Source: Lama glama (Eukaryota). Taken from it: 64,000 bases of DNA. The position numbers were made by a program, and so were the translations under genes. Of this stretch, positions 38,250 through 50,319 are shown piece by piece. Within the stretch, counting starts at the first letter, position 1. Every line of letters starts with the position of its first letter. A model generated the notes under the pieces. That model saw nothing but the letters and a program-made list of their open reading frames with translations, ran no database searches and had not been told where the DNA came from. The stretch is taken from contig CM052818.1 in NCBI GenBank assembly GCA_028534125.1, forward strand, positions 38,752,001 through 38,816,000, in the 5' to 3' direction.

Positions 38250-40750
38250 TCGTACGGCCCTCCAAGTCTGGGAGCCGCAGAGACTGCAGCAAGGAAGCAC
38301 CCGCCACCACTACCACTGCGCAGGCCCCCTGAGCCGTATCCCCTCCTTGCTTCTCCGGCTCTCCAACTCAGCCTGCCTCCTCGAGGGGACCCGCCGGCCG
38401 GCAGGGCCAGGTCAACCCAGCAAAGGGACGGGATCAGCCCTCTGTTGCCGGGCCCCGCGAGCTGCCGCCGCTCTAGTCACAGTCCAGGCGCAGCGGGTTC
38501 GGGTGCGCGGACCTCGGCGAAGTTTCCTTCTAACACCTGAGGCTGGGACCTGTAGGGACCGAGCCCCCCAAACGGAATGGAGCAGGGGCACGGCTCCAAC
38601 GGTGGCCTCAGCCTAGAACCGGACAGGATGGACGGGCGCAGTGGAGGCGTGAGTACCTTGGGTCGCCTGGTCTGCGAAGCCGGTGATTGTGTCCGCGTGG
38701 CCGTGGCGGCCAGAACCCGAGGTGGAGGCAGCGACTGCCCCGGCCGGAGCCCTCCCGGCCAGGCTCCGGTAGAGCGACATCATGAACTGGTGCGGCACCA
38801 CCGAACCGTTCCTGAAGCCAGAGCCCGCGGCGCGGCGCGCGGCGCGGGGCCCGGGAGCCACGGCGGCCGGGGCAGTGGAGGCGCCCGCGGCCGCAGCGAG
38901 GGTCCTCCCGCCGCCGCCACCGCCCCCCGGACTCTCGGCCGGCCCTGCCCCCGCCGCTCGCAGCACCACTGCAGCTTCGAGCCCGTCGCGGGGGCGGCAG
39001 GCGCTCAGCAGCCAGAGGCACAGCGCGGCGGCCGCGCTCAGGTCCATGGGCTCCAAGGGCCAGGCGGACGGGCGGCGCGGGCTCCGTGGCTTCGGGAAGT
39101 CCCCCGGCGCCTTTTGAACATAGTGTTTAATAATGGGGGAAGTGTGCGCAGCAAGCTGCGGCCCCCCCTCCTCTCCCACCCCACCCCCGCTCAACGCCCG
39201 GAGCAGCGCCCCCTGCTGAACACACGAGCGGCAGCGCCGCGCCCCCTACTCCGGCCTAACGCGGAGTCCAGGGCCGGGGCCTCCGTCCTGGACCGAAGCG
39301 CTTCGACCCCACTCTCGCTAAGTGAGTGTTACCGGCCGAAGGCTACCGCCACAAACTAGGGCCCCGCCTCCCTTCCCCACGGCAAGGCGACCCCCTCCGC
39401 CCACGCTGTGCCCGGGCCAAACGCGCCCTCCATTGTCAGAGGCTCCTGGGCATCGCGCGTAACCGCCCAGCTTCTTCCCCACTCCCAGGCCTAGAAGCCC
39501 CCGCCCCCTCCCCTCTCCTATTCCGCGGGTGCCCGAGACGCAAGAGGTGGGGCTGCGGAGGCGCTCGGCCCCGCCCGTCCATGCCGCGACCCCGTGGCCA
39601 ACGTACAGAGAGGCCACAAGGGCGCACAGAGGCCACAAGGGCGCGCAGGGTTCTCGCAAACAAGGGTTTTTGATCACCGGTTCGGCGGTTCCTCACCCTG
39701 GCACAGCCACCAAAGATCGGAGTAGGAGGCCGGAGCAGGGTAGGGCACCCGTAGGGAAGAGAGGGCTAGCAACTGGAAGGGCAGGCCAGAAAGATAGACG
39801 GACAAGGAGCGACAGTCGAAAAGCAAAGGTCTGGGCGCGGAACATGCGCTTAGACGGGAGCCAAGATCTTGAAGAATCTCAGAAACTACGAAGGCAGCGG
39901 GGTGATCAGGGGATTCCCGCGTGGGAGCGGCTCCCCGAGTTCATCTGCGCGTCGAAGTGAGGACCTTCCGCCCGCCTCCTAGGGGGCCCGGCTCACGGAA
40001 ACGGGCTACCGGGTATGTTGGGGCGCTGCCAGAGCCGGGAGGGCGAGCGCGAGTCGGGAGAGCCCCGGGGCGACGCCTCAGTACTTCCTTCCCGGGCCCC
40101 GGTTCTCGCGCGCGGTGGAGGTGGGGGTGGAGGGGGCGCACCGGAGCGCAATCGCGCGGGGCGACGAGGCACTTGGGTCAGCAGCCGGCACGGGGAAGTC
40201 CCGGAGGCCGCATCTCAGTGAGACGCGCGGGGAAGAGAGGTGGTTGGCGAGCCCAGCTCCACCAGCAGCACCGACGTCCCTCAAATGCGGGAAAGTCTAT
40301 CGAATGGACGATCTGCTGTTAGGCAGACGGAGAGCCTGAGCCGGACGGATCCCCGTAGCAGCGCAGGAGTGTTTTTTCTTTTAAAATTGTGTTTGCTACC
40401 GATCTCGAAATCTAGGCGGGGCGGGGCGTCACTTTGAGAGAGCGAGCAGCGTCGACATGACGCCACCAGATCCAAAGCCTCCTGAGTTCCGACTCTCGCT
40501 GGGCTGCCCCTCACTCTGACCCACGTAAGACGCCAGGTCTGGGGAGCTCCTGGGCCGCAGTCAGAGTTCCCCTGCACCGGCTGCTTGGTCCCAAGCGAGC
40601 TCTTCAGTCGTCGCCATGCCGGACCCCGCGGAGACGCAGTACCCGCTCAGCTTAGAACATTGGGCCATTCACCCCTCGGGGACGTATGGGGGAAGGAGAG
40701 GCCTGGCCAGGAGTCACAACTCTTGGATCCCAGGCGGATCAGGTGGGCGG
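38250..40750. promoter_or_regulatory. GDF7 promoter / exon 1 CpG island
   Basis: Dense CpG; GC boxes (e.g. ggcggggcgggg near 40415); minus-strand TATTAAA at 39126-39132. Confidence 0.88.
38657..39047 (-). CDS. GDF7: GDF7 (BMP12) coding exon 1: signal peptide and N-terminal prodomain
   Basis: ATG at 39047. Reads MDLSAAAALCLWLLSACRPRDGLEAA...VVPHQFMMSLYRSL...ADTITGFADQATQ. Donor CAAG|gtac with GT at 38656-38655. 391 nt, phase 1. Confidence 0.96.
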
Positions 40751-42039
40751 AGGAGAAAGGCCCAAGGTTAGCGTGGGAATGTCTGGGCAAGAAGAGGGCT
40801 GGGATGACCAGGGCTGCATTAACCCACCCTGGTCCTGGGACAGAGGATGGAGAGCTACCGCAAGGCTGTCGTCACGGGTCTCCCTCCTTCCGGTATAGAG
40901 CTGCCCTGCAGGAGCCTATGCAAGCTGTCTGGCAGAGCCTCCCTCTAGAGACACTGGTCAGTTCAGATAGTCCCGGCCCAGCCACCTGTCTCTCAGATGA
41001 TGCTTGTGTTGGGTCCCTGCTGTCTTTCTTGGCCCCCTTTCTGCCCGCAGCCACGCATGAACAGTTTTTGGGTGTTTTGCAGATCACCTCGACTAAAATT
41101 GGTGCAAACACCCTGGGAACCTTGAGCTGGGGTCAAGTAGTCCTGGTTCTGGTCCCGGCTTTGACCTCTTAACAACCAGCCCCTTGCATCATCTGGGCTT
41201 CAGTTTCTCCAACTGTGTGAGGGAGAGAATGGGAGGGTCCTGGCACAGGCTTGGCACAACAGAAGCCAAATGAAGTTTTGTTAATTACATGATATCCCTA
41301 CCTGGAGGTCACCTTGGGGCTTAGGAATTAGGGATGGGCTGGAATCCCTGTGCTTTTGCTGTCCGTGTGGAAGCGGGGCACTGTGATTCTATGAGACTGA
41401 GTTTCCTCAGGTGGAAAATGGAGAGATTGTCACAGGAAGTTTGTGTGTGTCTAGGATAAAAGGCTGGCACAGAGGAGGCTCTGGTGGCCTTGCCCCTCTC
41501 AGTCTGTTCTGGGTCCTCAGGGTGATGATGGCTGAGAGAGGAGCAGTTTCTAAAAGGGGTGCCTGAAGGAGGAGTCTCTGGAGGAGACTGCTGGGGGCGG
41601 GTGGGGGTGGGAACTGCTGCTGCTGGAGCCACTGCCCACCCGCAGTGTGTGCTTGAGCAGGGACTTAGCTGCTATCACTTCTGTTTGTTGATCTGTAAAG
41701 TGAGGCAATAATGCATGCATTCATCATTTATCTGTCCCTATTCATTCCTCCTTCCCAGTAAATACTGTGAGCAGCTTTCTGTGTGTTGTGGATTCAGCAA
41801 TGTGCAGCACAAACTCATGGAGCTTTCGTAAGGGCAGAAGAGACAGGAAACACATAAATGCATAAAAGCACGTGAATGTACTGTGTGCTGTCCAGTGGTT
41901 CATTGCGAAGCAATGGGAAGCAAAGGCTGGGGGGCGCTTTTTGATCAGCAGAGGACACGCTGCAGCAAAGCCCAGAGAGGAGGGAGGCAGAGGGAAGCTG
42001 GGGCCACGGCTGGCTCCCTTGCTTTCCCCTCAAATAATG

Positions 42040-42250
42040 ATAGTAACCGTTTGTTTCCCTCCAAATGCCAGGCATCCTGCCAACAGCTTAACGTACCTCA
42101 TGTCATTTTATTTTCACCACTGCGGGGTTCTGTGAAGTAGGTATTATTCTTTCCACTTTATTGACAAAGAAAGTTGAATGACAAAGAAATTTAACACCTT
42201 GCCCAGATCACCTGGTGAGTGGCAGAGCCTGGAGTCATCAACGGTCTGGT
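42040..42250. mobile_element. MIR SINE
   Basis: tgtgaagtaggtattatt...ccactttattgacaaagaaa...cttgcccagatcac. Confidence 0.6.
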
Positions 42251-44969
42251 CTCTGCCCCAACTCTTGGCCACCCACAGGGGAAGTGGGTCTGGGGCTGGG
42301 GAGCTTGGTCCCCAACTCCAGTGGAGAGGCAAAGAGTGTCCTGCCTTTCCTCTCAAGCTCTCCGGAAATTTCTTGGCAGAAAAGGAACTCTCAGGTCCAG
42401 ATGAAGACTGTGAAAGCATTGCCTTGGGGACTTCTTGCCTCTGGCATCAGCTGAGTGCTCACAGCACCTGCCCACTGAATGCAGCCTGTCCTCACCAGCA
42501 GCAGGGCCCACCTGAAGCTGGAGAAGCCACAGAGCTCAGAGCAGGACATGCTGCAGGAGCATGTGGTCTGGCGGCTAAGTTTACATGATGTGGTCTGATG
42601 GCTTAGGGAGTCAGGCCCACAGCCAGGGCTTGACTTGACCAGGTCTCCAGACCCTGTCCAGGGCTTCCCTGGGGTCAGGACTGAGCATCAGCCCGGAGGG
42701 CAGATGGCACCCTCCCTGGCAACAGAGAAACATGGGACCAGGGATACCCAGCCCTGCATCCCTGACTTCATGAAGCTGAAGGTTTATGGGGCCCACAGAG
42801 CCAGGCTGGGACTTCCTCCTGGGGGACACAGTGAGCCTTGGGTCGGTGAGCCGGACAGGAGGGCGCTAGCACTCCCAGAAGTTGTGCCCTACCTGCACAT
42901 TTTGAAGGGCGATTCCTGCTCCTCTGTGTTGTCCCAGCCATCAGTGTTACCAGGAAGCTGGTGATGAGGCCGAGGGGCCAGGGCAGGGAGTTTGCAGAAG
43001 GCTGGGAGAAAACTGGGGGCTGGAAGTTTTAACTTCCGTTCCTCATCAGTCTGATGACTGCCCCCCAGCGCCCAGAACACCAGACTTCAGCTGTTACCTC
43101 CTCAGAGAGGGGAGGGGAGACTGGCTCCAACAAGGGAGGAGGGGAAAGCAGCCCAGTTTGGGGGCAGGGGGTGGGGGTGCTTCTTGACCAGGGTGTGGAG
43201 GAGCGGTCCCCACATTCTCCCCCCCCCCAGATCCTTCGCACTCATCTATGCTTTGCAGAAGCTGTTTGCTTTCTCTGACCACCAGTTTTCTGATTCAGAA
43301 ACCAAGTGTCTGAAGGAACATTCTGGGTTATTTGGGCCAACTTCCCATATCATGTCTGATTCATAACAAATTGCTACCCAGCCTTGCTTGCATACCTCTG
43401 GAGACCGCGAGCCCCCTCCCTGTCCCAGGCAGCCTTCTGCTAGATCTGAAGCTGAGGAAGCCTGCACACGGCACCTGGGAGAGCCACCACATCTCTCCCA
43501 GGCACCTCTGCTGTGGCGTTCACATGCCATCTGGGAATAGGAGCTGGCACACGGGGTTGATGCCATCTAGGAAGTTAGTCTTGGATTTTGCCAGCTAAAG
43601 CCACCTTGTGGTGACCTTCAGACACTGGAAATTGGAGCTGCCCTGCTGCAGCCTGCTCAGCCTGGAGCCAGTGTCTCCTGTCACACCAGATACCTGACCC
43701 CCTGTCTGACGACTAGAACATGAGAAGTTCCTTCAAGGTGGCCTTCATTGCCCATGTAGGGCAGCCAAGTCCCCCAGGGGGAAGGGATCAGCACCCTGTT
43801 GTTTGGCATCACAGCCAGCTGGGATGGTGGGGCCCCTCTGTGATCCTGTGCCTTTGTGCAGCTCAGACGGTCTCATCCCAGCTCTGCCCCAGGCACCCTG
43901 GACCTGGGAGAAGATGAGGATGGATGAGGGCTCAGCCTCCGCCCTGTCCACTGTTGGGCATTCTGGGCCCCTGTAGCCAAGCACTGTTTGGGAAGATAAA
44001 ATAGATGCCCCCTTGGCTATGATGTTGATGGCTCCCAAGAGTCAGGAGACCAGAATTCAAATCTGGCCTCTAACCTTGGGCCACAAGTCCCTTGGCCCTT
44101 CCTGGCTTTCAGTCCCCAAATACACAATGAGGCTGACAATCAGATGTCCTCCAAGGGCCCACCTGTGAGAGGTGGAGAGCCTGTGAGGGACCCAGCCAGG
44201 AGCTTGCTCCGGTCTGGACCCACCATTGCTGTTGTGACTCAGAGCTGGAGAGGGTTAGAGGTGAGGAGGCAGGGTTAGCCTGGCGCTCTGCCTCTGAAGA
44301 TGGTGTCCCTGGGAAAGCAGGAGAGGGAAGATGGTGACAACAGCCTGTAGAGGGAGCCACCTACCGCCGCACCTGGTGCTGCTGTCCCCCACCGCGCTGG
44401 AAATGTGCTGCAGTCATCTCCCCCAGAAAGACCTGGGATAGGGCTGCGGGGGTGGGAAGACTCCAGGAGGGCTGTGGCTCAGCCCCTTCTGATGCCAGGT
44501 CTGGGCTTCCTCAGGCTCGGAAGAATTTCCCAGGCCCAACAGAGGGTTGCTTCGCCCTAGGTTACCCAGGCAACAGCTCTGGCATCCACACCGGGGTCGG
44601 CTGCAGCCCGGCCCCTGGCCACTCGTTGGCCTACCCTTGGGGGTGGGTGGGGGAGGGGAAGGGACAGAGAAGAAAGGAGTCGGGTAGCTTCTTTTCCAGA
44701 AGTTTCAGAGGAGACCTCTCAGAGCCCTTTATTTGGTTTAGGACAAATGGTGTCTGGCTGGTGGATACTGCCATCTTCTGGTCACTGGTTATAACAGCAT
44801 CACGGTGTGGCTGAACTCCTGCTGGGGTTTACAAAGACCAGGTCAGCCTGGAACCTGGACCCTGCACTGGGACCCCTGCAGTTCAGCCAGCTTACCTGGA
44901 ACTCTAAAGTGTCCTGGGAACTGAGGGTCAAGCACCACATGCCTCCAGTACTCTTATTTCTAAAGTCAT

Positions 44970-45180
44970 GCTAAAGACCTGGCTTCCAAACCAAACTTCC
45001 AAATTTTGCAGAGCACTAGCTTTGTGACCTTGATTATGTTAATTGACCTGTCATCCTCCATCTTTTCATCTTTAAATGGAGACAGGGATTCCTCCCTGTC
45101 AGGTGTGCTAAGGAATAAAGGAAACAGAGTTAGGTAAAGTCCTTAGCATAGTGACTGGTTCAATAAATGGTGGCTTTTAT
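44970..45180. mobile_element. MIR SINE
   Basis: ctagctttgtgaccttga...ttcatctttaaatggaga...cttagcatagtgactgg. Confidence 0.6.
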
Positions 45181-46079
45181 TGTTTTCTGATTAAGTCCTG
45201 GCTTAACCAATTGGAAAGCTAATCTAACCTGTCCATCCCATCTCCTGTGTATGGCCACTGTCTTTGAGGCATTTCCCCTCTGTTCACTGGACCATTGTGA
45301 ATATCAGTTGTGTGAAGGTGTATCTTCATTAGATTTTCTTGGAGACCTTTGTGGACACATAAGATTTTAAAAGCCAAAAACCCAAAAATCTTTTGGAATC
45401 AAAACTGGTGACTCTTAGAAAATGCGATGATTCAGAATGCCCAGTCCTCCAATCTTGGTCACATAGGAGCCCAGGGTCTCTGTTCTAGACACACAATGAA
45501 TAGGGAACTAAACTGTCTTCTTTGCCTGAGAAGATGGGGCTAACAGAGGTGAGAAGCAGAGTTGGAGGACCCAGAAGTTGTGTCCCTCAGTCTAGGATGT
45601 GAGACCTTGCAGACACCCCAGAGGATGGAGACACTGGGATGGAAAGTCTCATGGCTCCCGCAGCAGTGTTGAGTGGGTGTCACAGTGCTGACGCAGGGAC
45701 CTGGTGTCAAGTTCGGTGGCCTTGCCTCAGGTGTTTTGGCCCACATGGCAAAGGCATCTGTGAGATCTTCAGGGGGCCAGTCTCCGAGGCTGCCCTGCAA
45801 GGGATGAGGCTACCTACAAAACTGGGGACTTGGCCCTAGGCCATGGCAACCCCCATGTGCTTCCCATTTTCCTAGGCAGCTGATCCACCGTGAAATGATA
45901 CCTTAATTTAGAGCAGAGCCCAGGCTGGGTTCTGTCCTCCCAGACTTTCTTCTTGCCTTGGATAAAGAGTTGGAGGACACTAATCAAAATGTTTATCCTA
46001 ATTGCTAGGGGCATAAATCTGAAAGAGTTAGGAAAAAATCGGGTGATGAAATCAAAATCCCAAAAGTCACCAGCAAATC

Positions 46080-47580
46080 ATTGCCAATTAAGGGAATAGT
46101 GAGGTATCATTTTTCTTTACATCTCAGATTAGTGAAACTGAAGAAAATAAAATCCATTATTGGTGAGAGGACAAACAAGTGGGCATTCTATATACCATTG
46201 GTGGGAATGGTAGTGCAGAGAGATTTTTCAAAGAGCAGTGTACAGCATCAACATTTTAAAGAAGGAAATCCTTTGACTCAACACTTTCACTTGTAGAAAT
46301 GTAATTTGTTATAGGTATACTCACACAAATGAAGATAAATATACAAAGATTTTAAAAACTGAGGTTAATAGTGAAAACTGGAAATGACCAAAATGGCATT
46401 TAATAGGGTAAAGACAAAATAAAGGGTGATACACCCTCATGGGACTGCTCTTCCCTATTGCAATTATGAACTGCATTTCAGTGCGTGGCACAGAAAGATG
46501 CCCACAGTTTTCGATGCTGGAATACGAGGTGGGCAGAGGAGAGAGAGAGGAAGGAGCAAACTCTTAGCTGCCCACATCAAAGGTCAAGCTATGCTGATGG
46601 ACGTGTGTCTGTCCAGCTGTCACTGTGTCTGTCACTGTCCTTCCACCCACGGTCTGTATCTCAGGCTTTTTCTCTCCTCGGGGATCTCTCTCACTTCTTT
46701 CTGCTCTGCCTAAAAACAGATTCACATTTTTACATCATAGAATAATAAATCTGCCTTGGAGAGATTCATTATCAAGTATCACTATAAACGAATTCCCATG
46801 TAGCCCTCAAAACAGAATTGACAGATCAAGACAACAGAATAGGGAGTCCAGAAGCGAATCATAATGTTTGTAACTATTTATAATGTGACAATTCCAAAGG
46901 AGGAAACGATGAAGGATTCAATAGAATTTAGTAATGAATGATACTGGATACCCGACTATATTTAAAGAAAAACATTGACCCTATCTCATGACATAAACCA
47001 AAATTAATTCTTAGTGAATCAAGGAATTGATTGGAGAAAATATATTTGGAGGAAACGTGAATATATAGTCTAGGGTAAGGAACACTTTTCTTACACTTTA
47101 CTCTACAGTAAAATTTCACTGTAAAAATCACCAAGAGAAATGGCCATAGTTGGAGCTACACAAAAGTCTTAAAACCTGCATGTAAAAAAATTCCAAAAAC
47201 AGAATTGAACCTTAACCACCTGACCCAACTCAACATGGGGGGGACATTGGTATTATGTGTCCCCTGATGTGACCACCAGTGTAGCACTCCTGCCAGATTA
47301 TAACATGCATTGAGCCATGAAAAATAATTAGACAAATTCCAACCCAGGAATGTCTTAACCATTGGTGTGGGCCCCTCAGATATGTCAATCTCATGGGAGA
47401 TGGAAAAGCCTGGGAACTGTTAGAAGAAAGAGGCTAAAGGGACATGACAGGTAAATACAGTGCAAAGCCCTCCATCTGATTCTTGATGGGGGGATGGGGG
47501 AGGGGGAAACAGTTGTAAATAAAAAGACATGACTGGGTCAACTGGGCCAACTGGAATATGATTGTATGTTAGGTAACAGG
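46080..47580 (+). mobile_element. Cluster of degenerate L1 fragments
   Basis: A-rich; ORF2-like acagaatagggagtccagaa and cataaaccaaaattaattc; 3' UTR-like gggacatgacaggtaaatacagtg. Confidence 0.55.
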
Positions 47581-48000
47581 AAACTGTCACAGAAAACCCC
47601 ACTTAGAGTGGTTTAAGCACTCACACAAGAAGTCCCAAGAAAGAGTCTAGGGCTGGTATGGTAGTTCATGTGCCATCAGGTCCCCAGCCTCTTCCGTCCT
47701 CTGTGTGGGCCCCAATTTCATATTTGGGCCTCATTGTCACAAGATGGCTGCTGCCTCTCCAGCACTGTAGCTCCTTTCCAGGCAGAAGACAGGAAAGGTA
47801 CAAAGAGCTTTCTCCTAGCAAGGTAAACCCTCTGCAAGGGCTTCTGTGTACATGACCAGAATAATGTCACATGGCATCTTCTGACTACAAGGGAGGCTGG
47901 GAGCACGAGTGCTTTACCTGTCCCACTTCTATGGCAGTAAAAGGCAAAGAGGAAGGGGCTGTGACTGGCTTTGGGGTAGCTCATCTACAGGTCTGCCATA
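47580..48000. mobile_element. Old MaLR LTR (MLT1-like)
   Basis: acagaaaacccc...gtggtttaagc...cacaagatggctgct...ccagaataatgtcacatggc...caagggaggctggga. Confidence 0.5.
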
Positions 48001-48899
48001 CATTTCCTCTTATTTCAGTCACATTTTATCTCATTTAACTCACAGCAGTGCCTGTGAATTAAAGGTTTCCATTGTGCCCATTTCACCAATGAGAAAACCA
48101 AGGCTTGAAGAGACAGCACCCACTTTTTCATGACCTGAGTGTGGCACCACCTCCTCCTGGAAGAATCCCCTGTATGCCCCAACCCTGGGCTGAGTTGGTT
48201 ATATGCCCTTCCCCGTGTACCCTGGGCCGGCACTCATGTGTCTGTCTCTACTTCTTTCCCTGTGTGGTGCGTGAGCCCCCCAGAGCCTGGCGAGGTCACA
48301 GGCCCAGAGCTGTGCCCAGGAGCATTTGCTGAGTGACAAATGAGGTGGTGCCCAGCCCCCCTAGAGCATCCCTTTAGAGGACAGGGACAAATCAGCAGGT
48401 CCCCGGAAGACCCACCCCACCAGAAACAAGGCAATTTTGGTACATGCTGTGGCCAGGGCTCAGATCAGACTCTCTGCGGACATTGGTGTCTCTAACTGAC
48501 TGCACTGCCCCTGAGGTCCAGCGACTTTCCTGGGGCGCCGGGTGACTGAGGCCTGGAGCGTTCCTCCCAGGGCAGCGGGAAGAGGGACGGTAAGCCCCTC
48601 TGCAATGTGGTTTGCGTTACGGCGGCTTCAGCCATGGAAGGGGCTCCTTGAGTCAGGCAGGAAGCAGAAAATATCAGATTTAGATTCCACATTCCATGCA
48701 TGGTATACAATTATCCGCTGGAGCCACACAGGGGCACGTGGGACCCACAGAGGCAGAAAACGGGATTGCTCTTGAGGACGGGGTCACTCCTGCATGGGGA
48801 ACCAGCAGTATTCTTGGCAGGCGCCAGGTGCGCTAAGTCCCCTGCAGTGCACCCTCAGGGACCCCGGAGCCAGGGGTGAGGCTCATGTGCCTGCAAGAC

Positions 48900-49800
48900 C
48901 TGGGTCACATGCCTGTTGCCAGCTCCAGCAGTGACTCCGAGCCCCAACCTGTACTTGCCTGGCAGCTAAGTGCTTCTCTACACCCTCCTGGGCTGTCTTG
49001 TCCACAGGCGCTCGCCAGCGGCTCAGCCTTCCTCTCAGCTTCAACAGCTTCATAACCCACGCCTCAGGGTCTCTGGCCCTGGCCTGCCTTCTGAGGTCCA
49101 GGGCTATAGTCACCTTGACGTCCCCAGGCCCTCAGACACCACTCATCATCCCACCCAAAATGTGTCCTTCCTCCTGGTGTCCTGTCCCAGTGAATGGACC
49201 ACCGTGCAGCCGTTCACAGGAGCCCAACAACAGCAGCATCTCAACTCCTCCCACCCACATTCACCTGATTCCCGTCTTGGCCAGTTCCACCTCCTAAGCT
49301 TCTCTCTCGCCAGGCCCTTTTCTCCCACTGAGCGGCCCTCACCCTGTTTCGTGCCACATTGTCCCAGGCTGGATTGTTCTGCAGTTCTGCTCACCTTCAG
49401 CCTCCAGCATCATACACTCCAAACCCATGTGTGCAGCAGAGCTGGTCGGGCCACTCCTACGTTCACAGCCCTGTGCTGGCCTCCAGTTGGCCTCAGGGTC
49501 AGCATGAATCCCTCGACGAGGTGCACATGGCTCTCCGTGCCCTGGCTCCTGCCCGTCCTCCACTCCCCCAACCCCGTTCCCTTAATTCTGTTTCTTCTTG
49601 TCTCCAGAACGTCATAGATGATACACCTTCGACTCTGTCCTATTCCTTATTTCTTCAGGTTTACCTTGGGCTTTGGCTCCTTTAGAATGCCTTCTCTGAC
49701 CCCCAACCCACCCCAAGAACAAGGGCAAAGACGCTCATTGAGGGCAGCCACCGTGCCTTATTCACTGTATTCTTAGTGCCCAGCACATCGTGTTTGGTCC
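48900..49800. mobile_element. L2 remnant
   Basis: C/T-rich L2 pattern ending ttattcactgtattcttagtgcccagcaca. Confidence 0.5.
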
Positions 49801-49844
49801 CTCAGCATCTGTGCAGTGGCCACTGCCTGACCTGCCGGCCCCTC

Positions 49845-50013
49845 TCAGGCGCTGCACTGCGCTCTGCTCCTTGGCTACCAATCCCTACTCCTCCTTGCTG
49901 TGTTCAGAGTTAAGCCTGGTCCCTCTCCCCATTGGGATAGTCTTGACCCTGTTGCAGTAGTCGTGAATAAAGTCTCCTTACCGGTTTAACAGGCATCAGA
50001 ACATTTCTTTAGC
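49845..50013 (+). mobile_element. ERV1-type LTR 3' fragment (MER34/MER39-like)
   Basis: ttgctgtgttcagagttaagcc...tgaataaagtctccttaccggtttaacaggcatcagaacatttctttagca; LTR poly(A) signal and CA end. Confidence 0.55.
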
Positions 50014-50319
50014 AAGGGAGAAGAAAGACACACAGAGTTCTCAGAAACTTTTGTTGGGAAAGCCCTGTTGGCCTCTTTACAGAAAGCCACTGGAAGGCCT
50101 CCGGGGTCAGGCTGCTGTTTCTTTGGCTCACTCCCCACAGAGGGCTCAAATTTATCTTGCTTGCAGGGTTCTGTTACCTCGTTCAACCTTCCTAGCATCT
50201 CTCTCAGCATCCCTGGGGCCGAGAGTAGCGCTGGGTTACTTCCGCAACACTCTCCCCAACGAAGGAGAACCAAATAATATACCGTCTGATTCGGGACACT
50301 CTGGGCACTCCTAAGAGTG

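Noticed and set aside
39048..39194. 49-codon in-frame extension upstream of the GDF7 ATG
   Set aside because: Starts at TTG, has no in-frame ATG, and would displace the signal peptide from the N-terminus.
38577..40900. Many 100-260 aa ORFs in the GDF7 CpG island (and similarly 50317-51209)
   Set aside because: Expected from stop-codon scarcity in CpG islands; no recognisable homology.
48970..49617. 215-aa plus-strand ORF
   Set aside because: Lies in a degenerate L2 remnant, has a non-ATG start and no recognisable protein motif.
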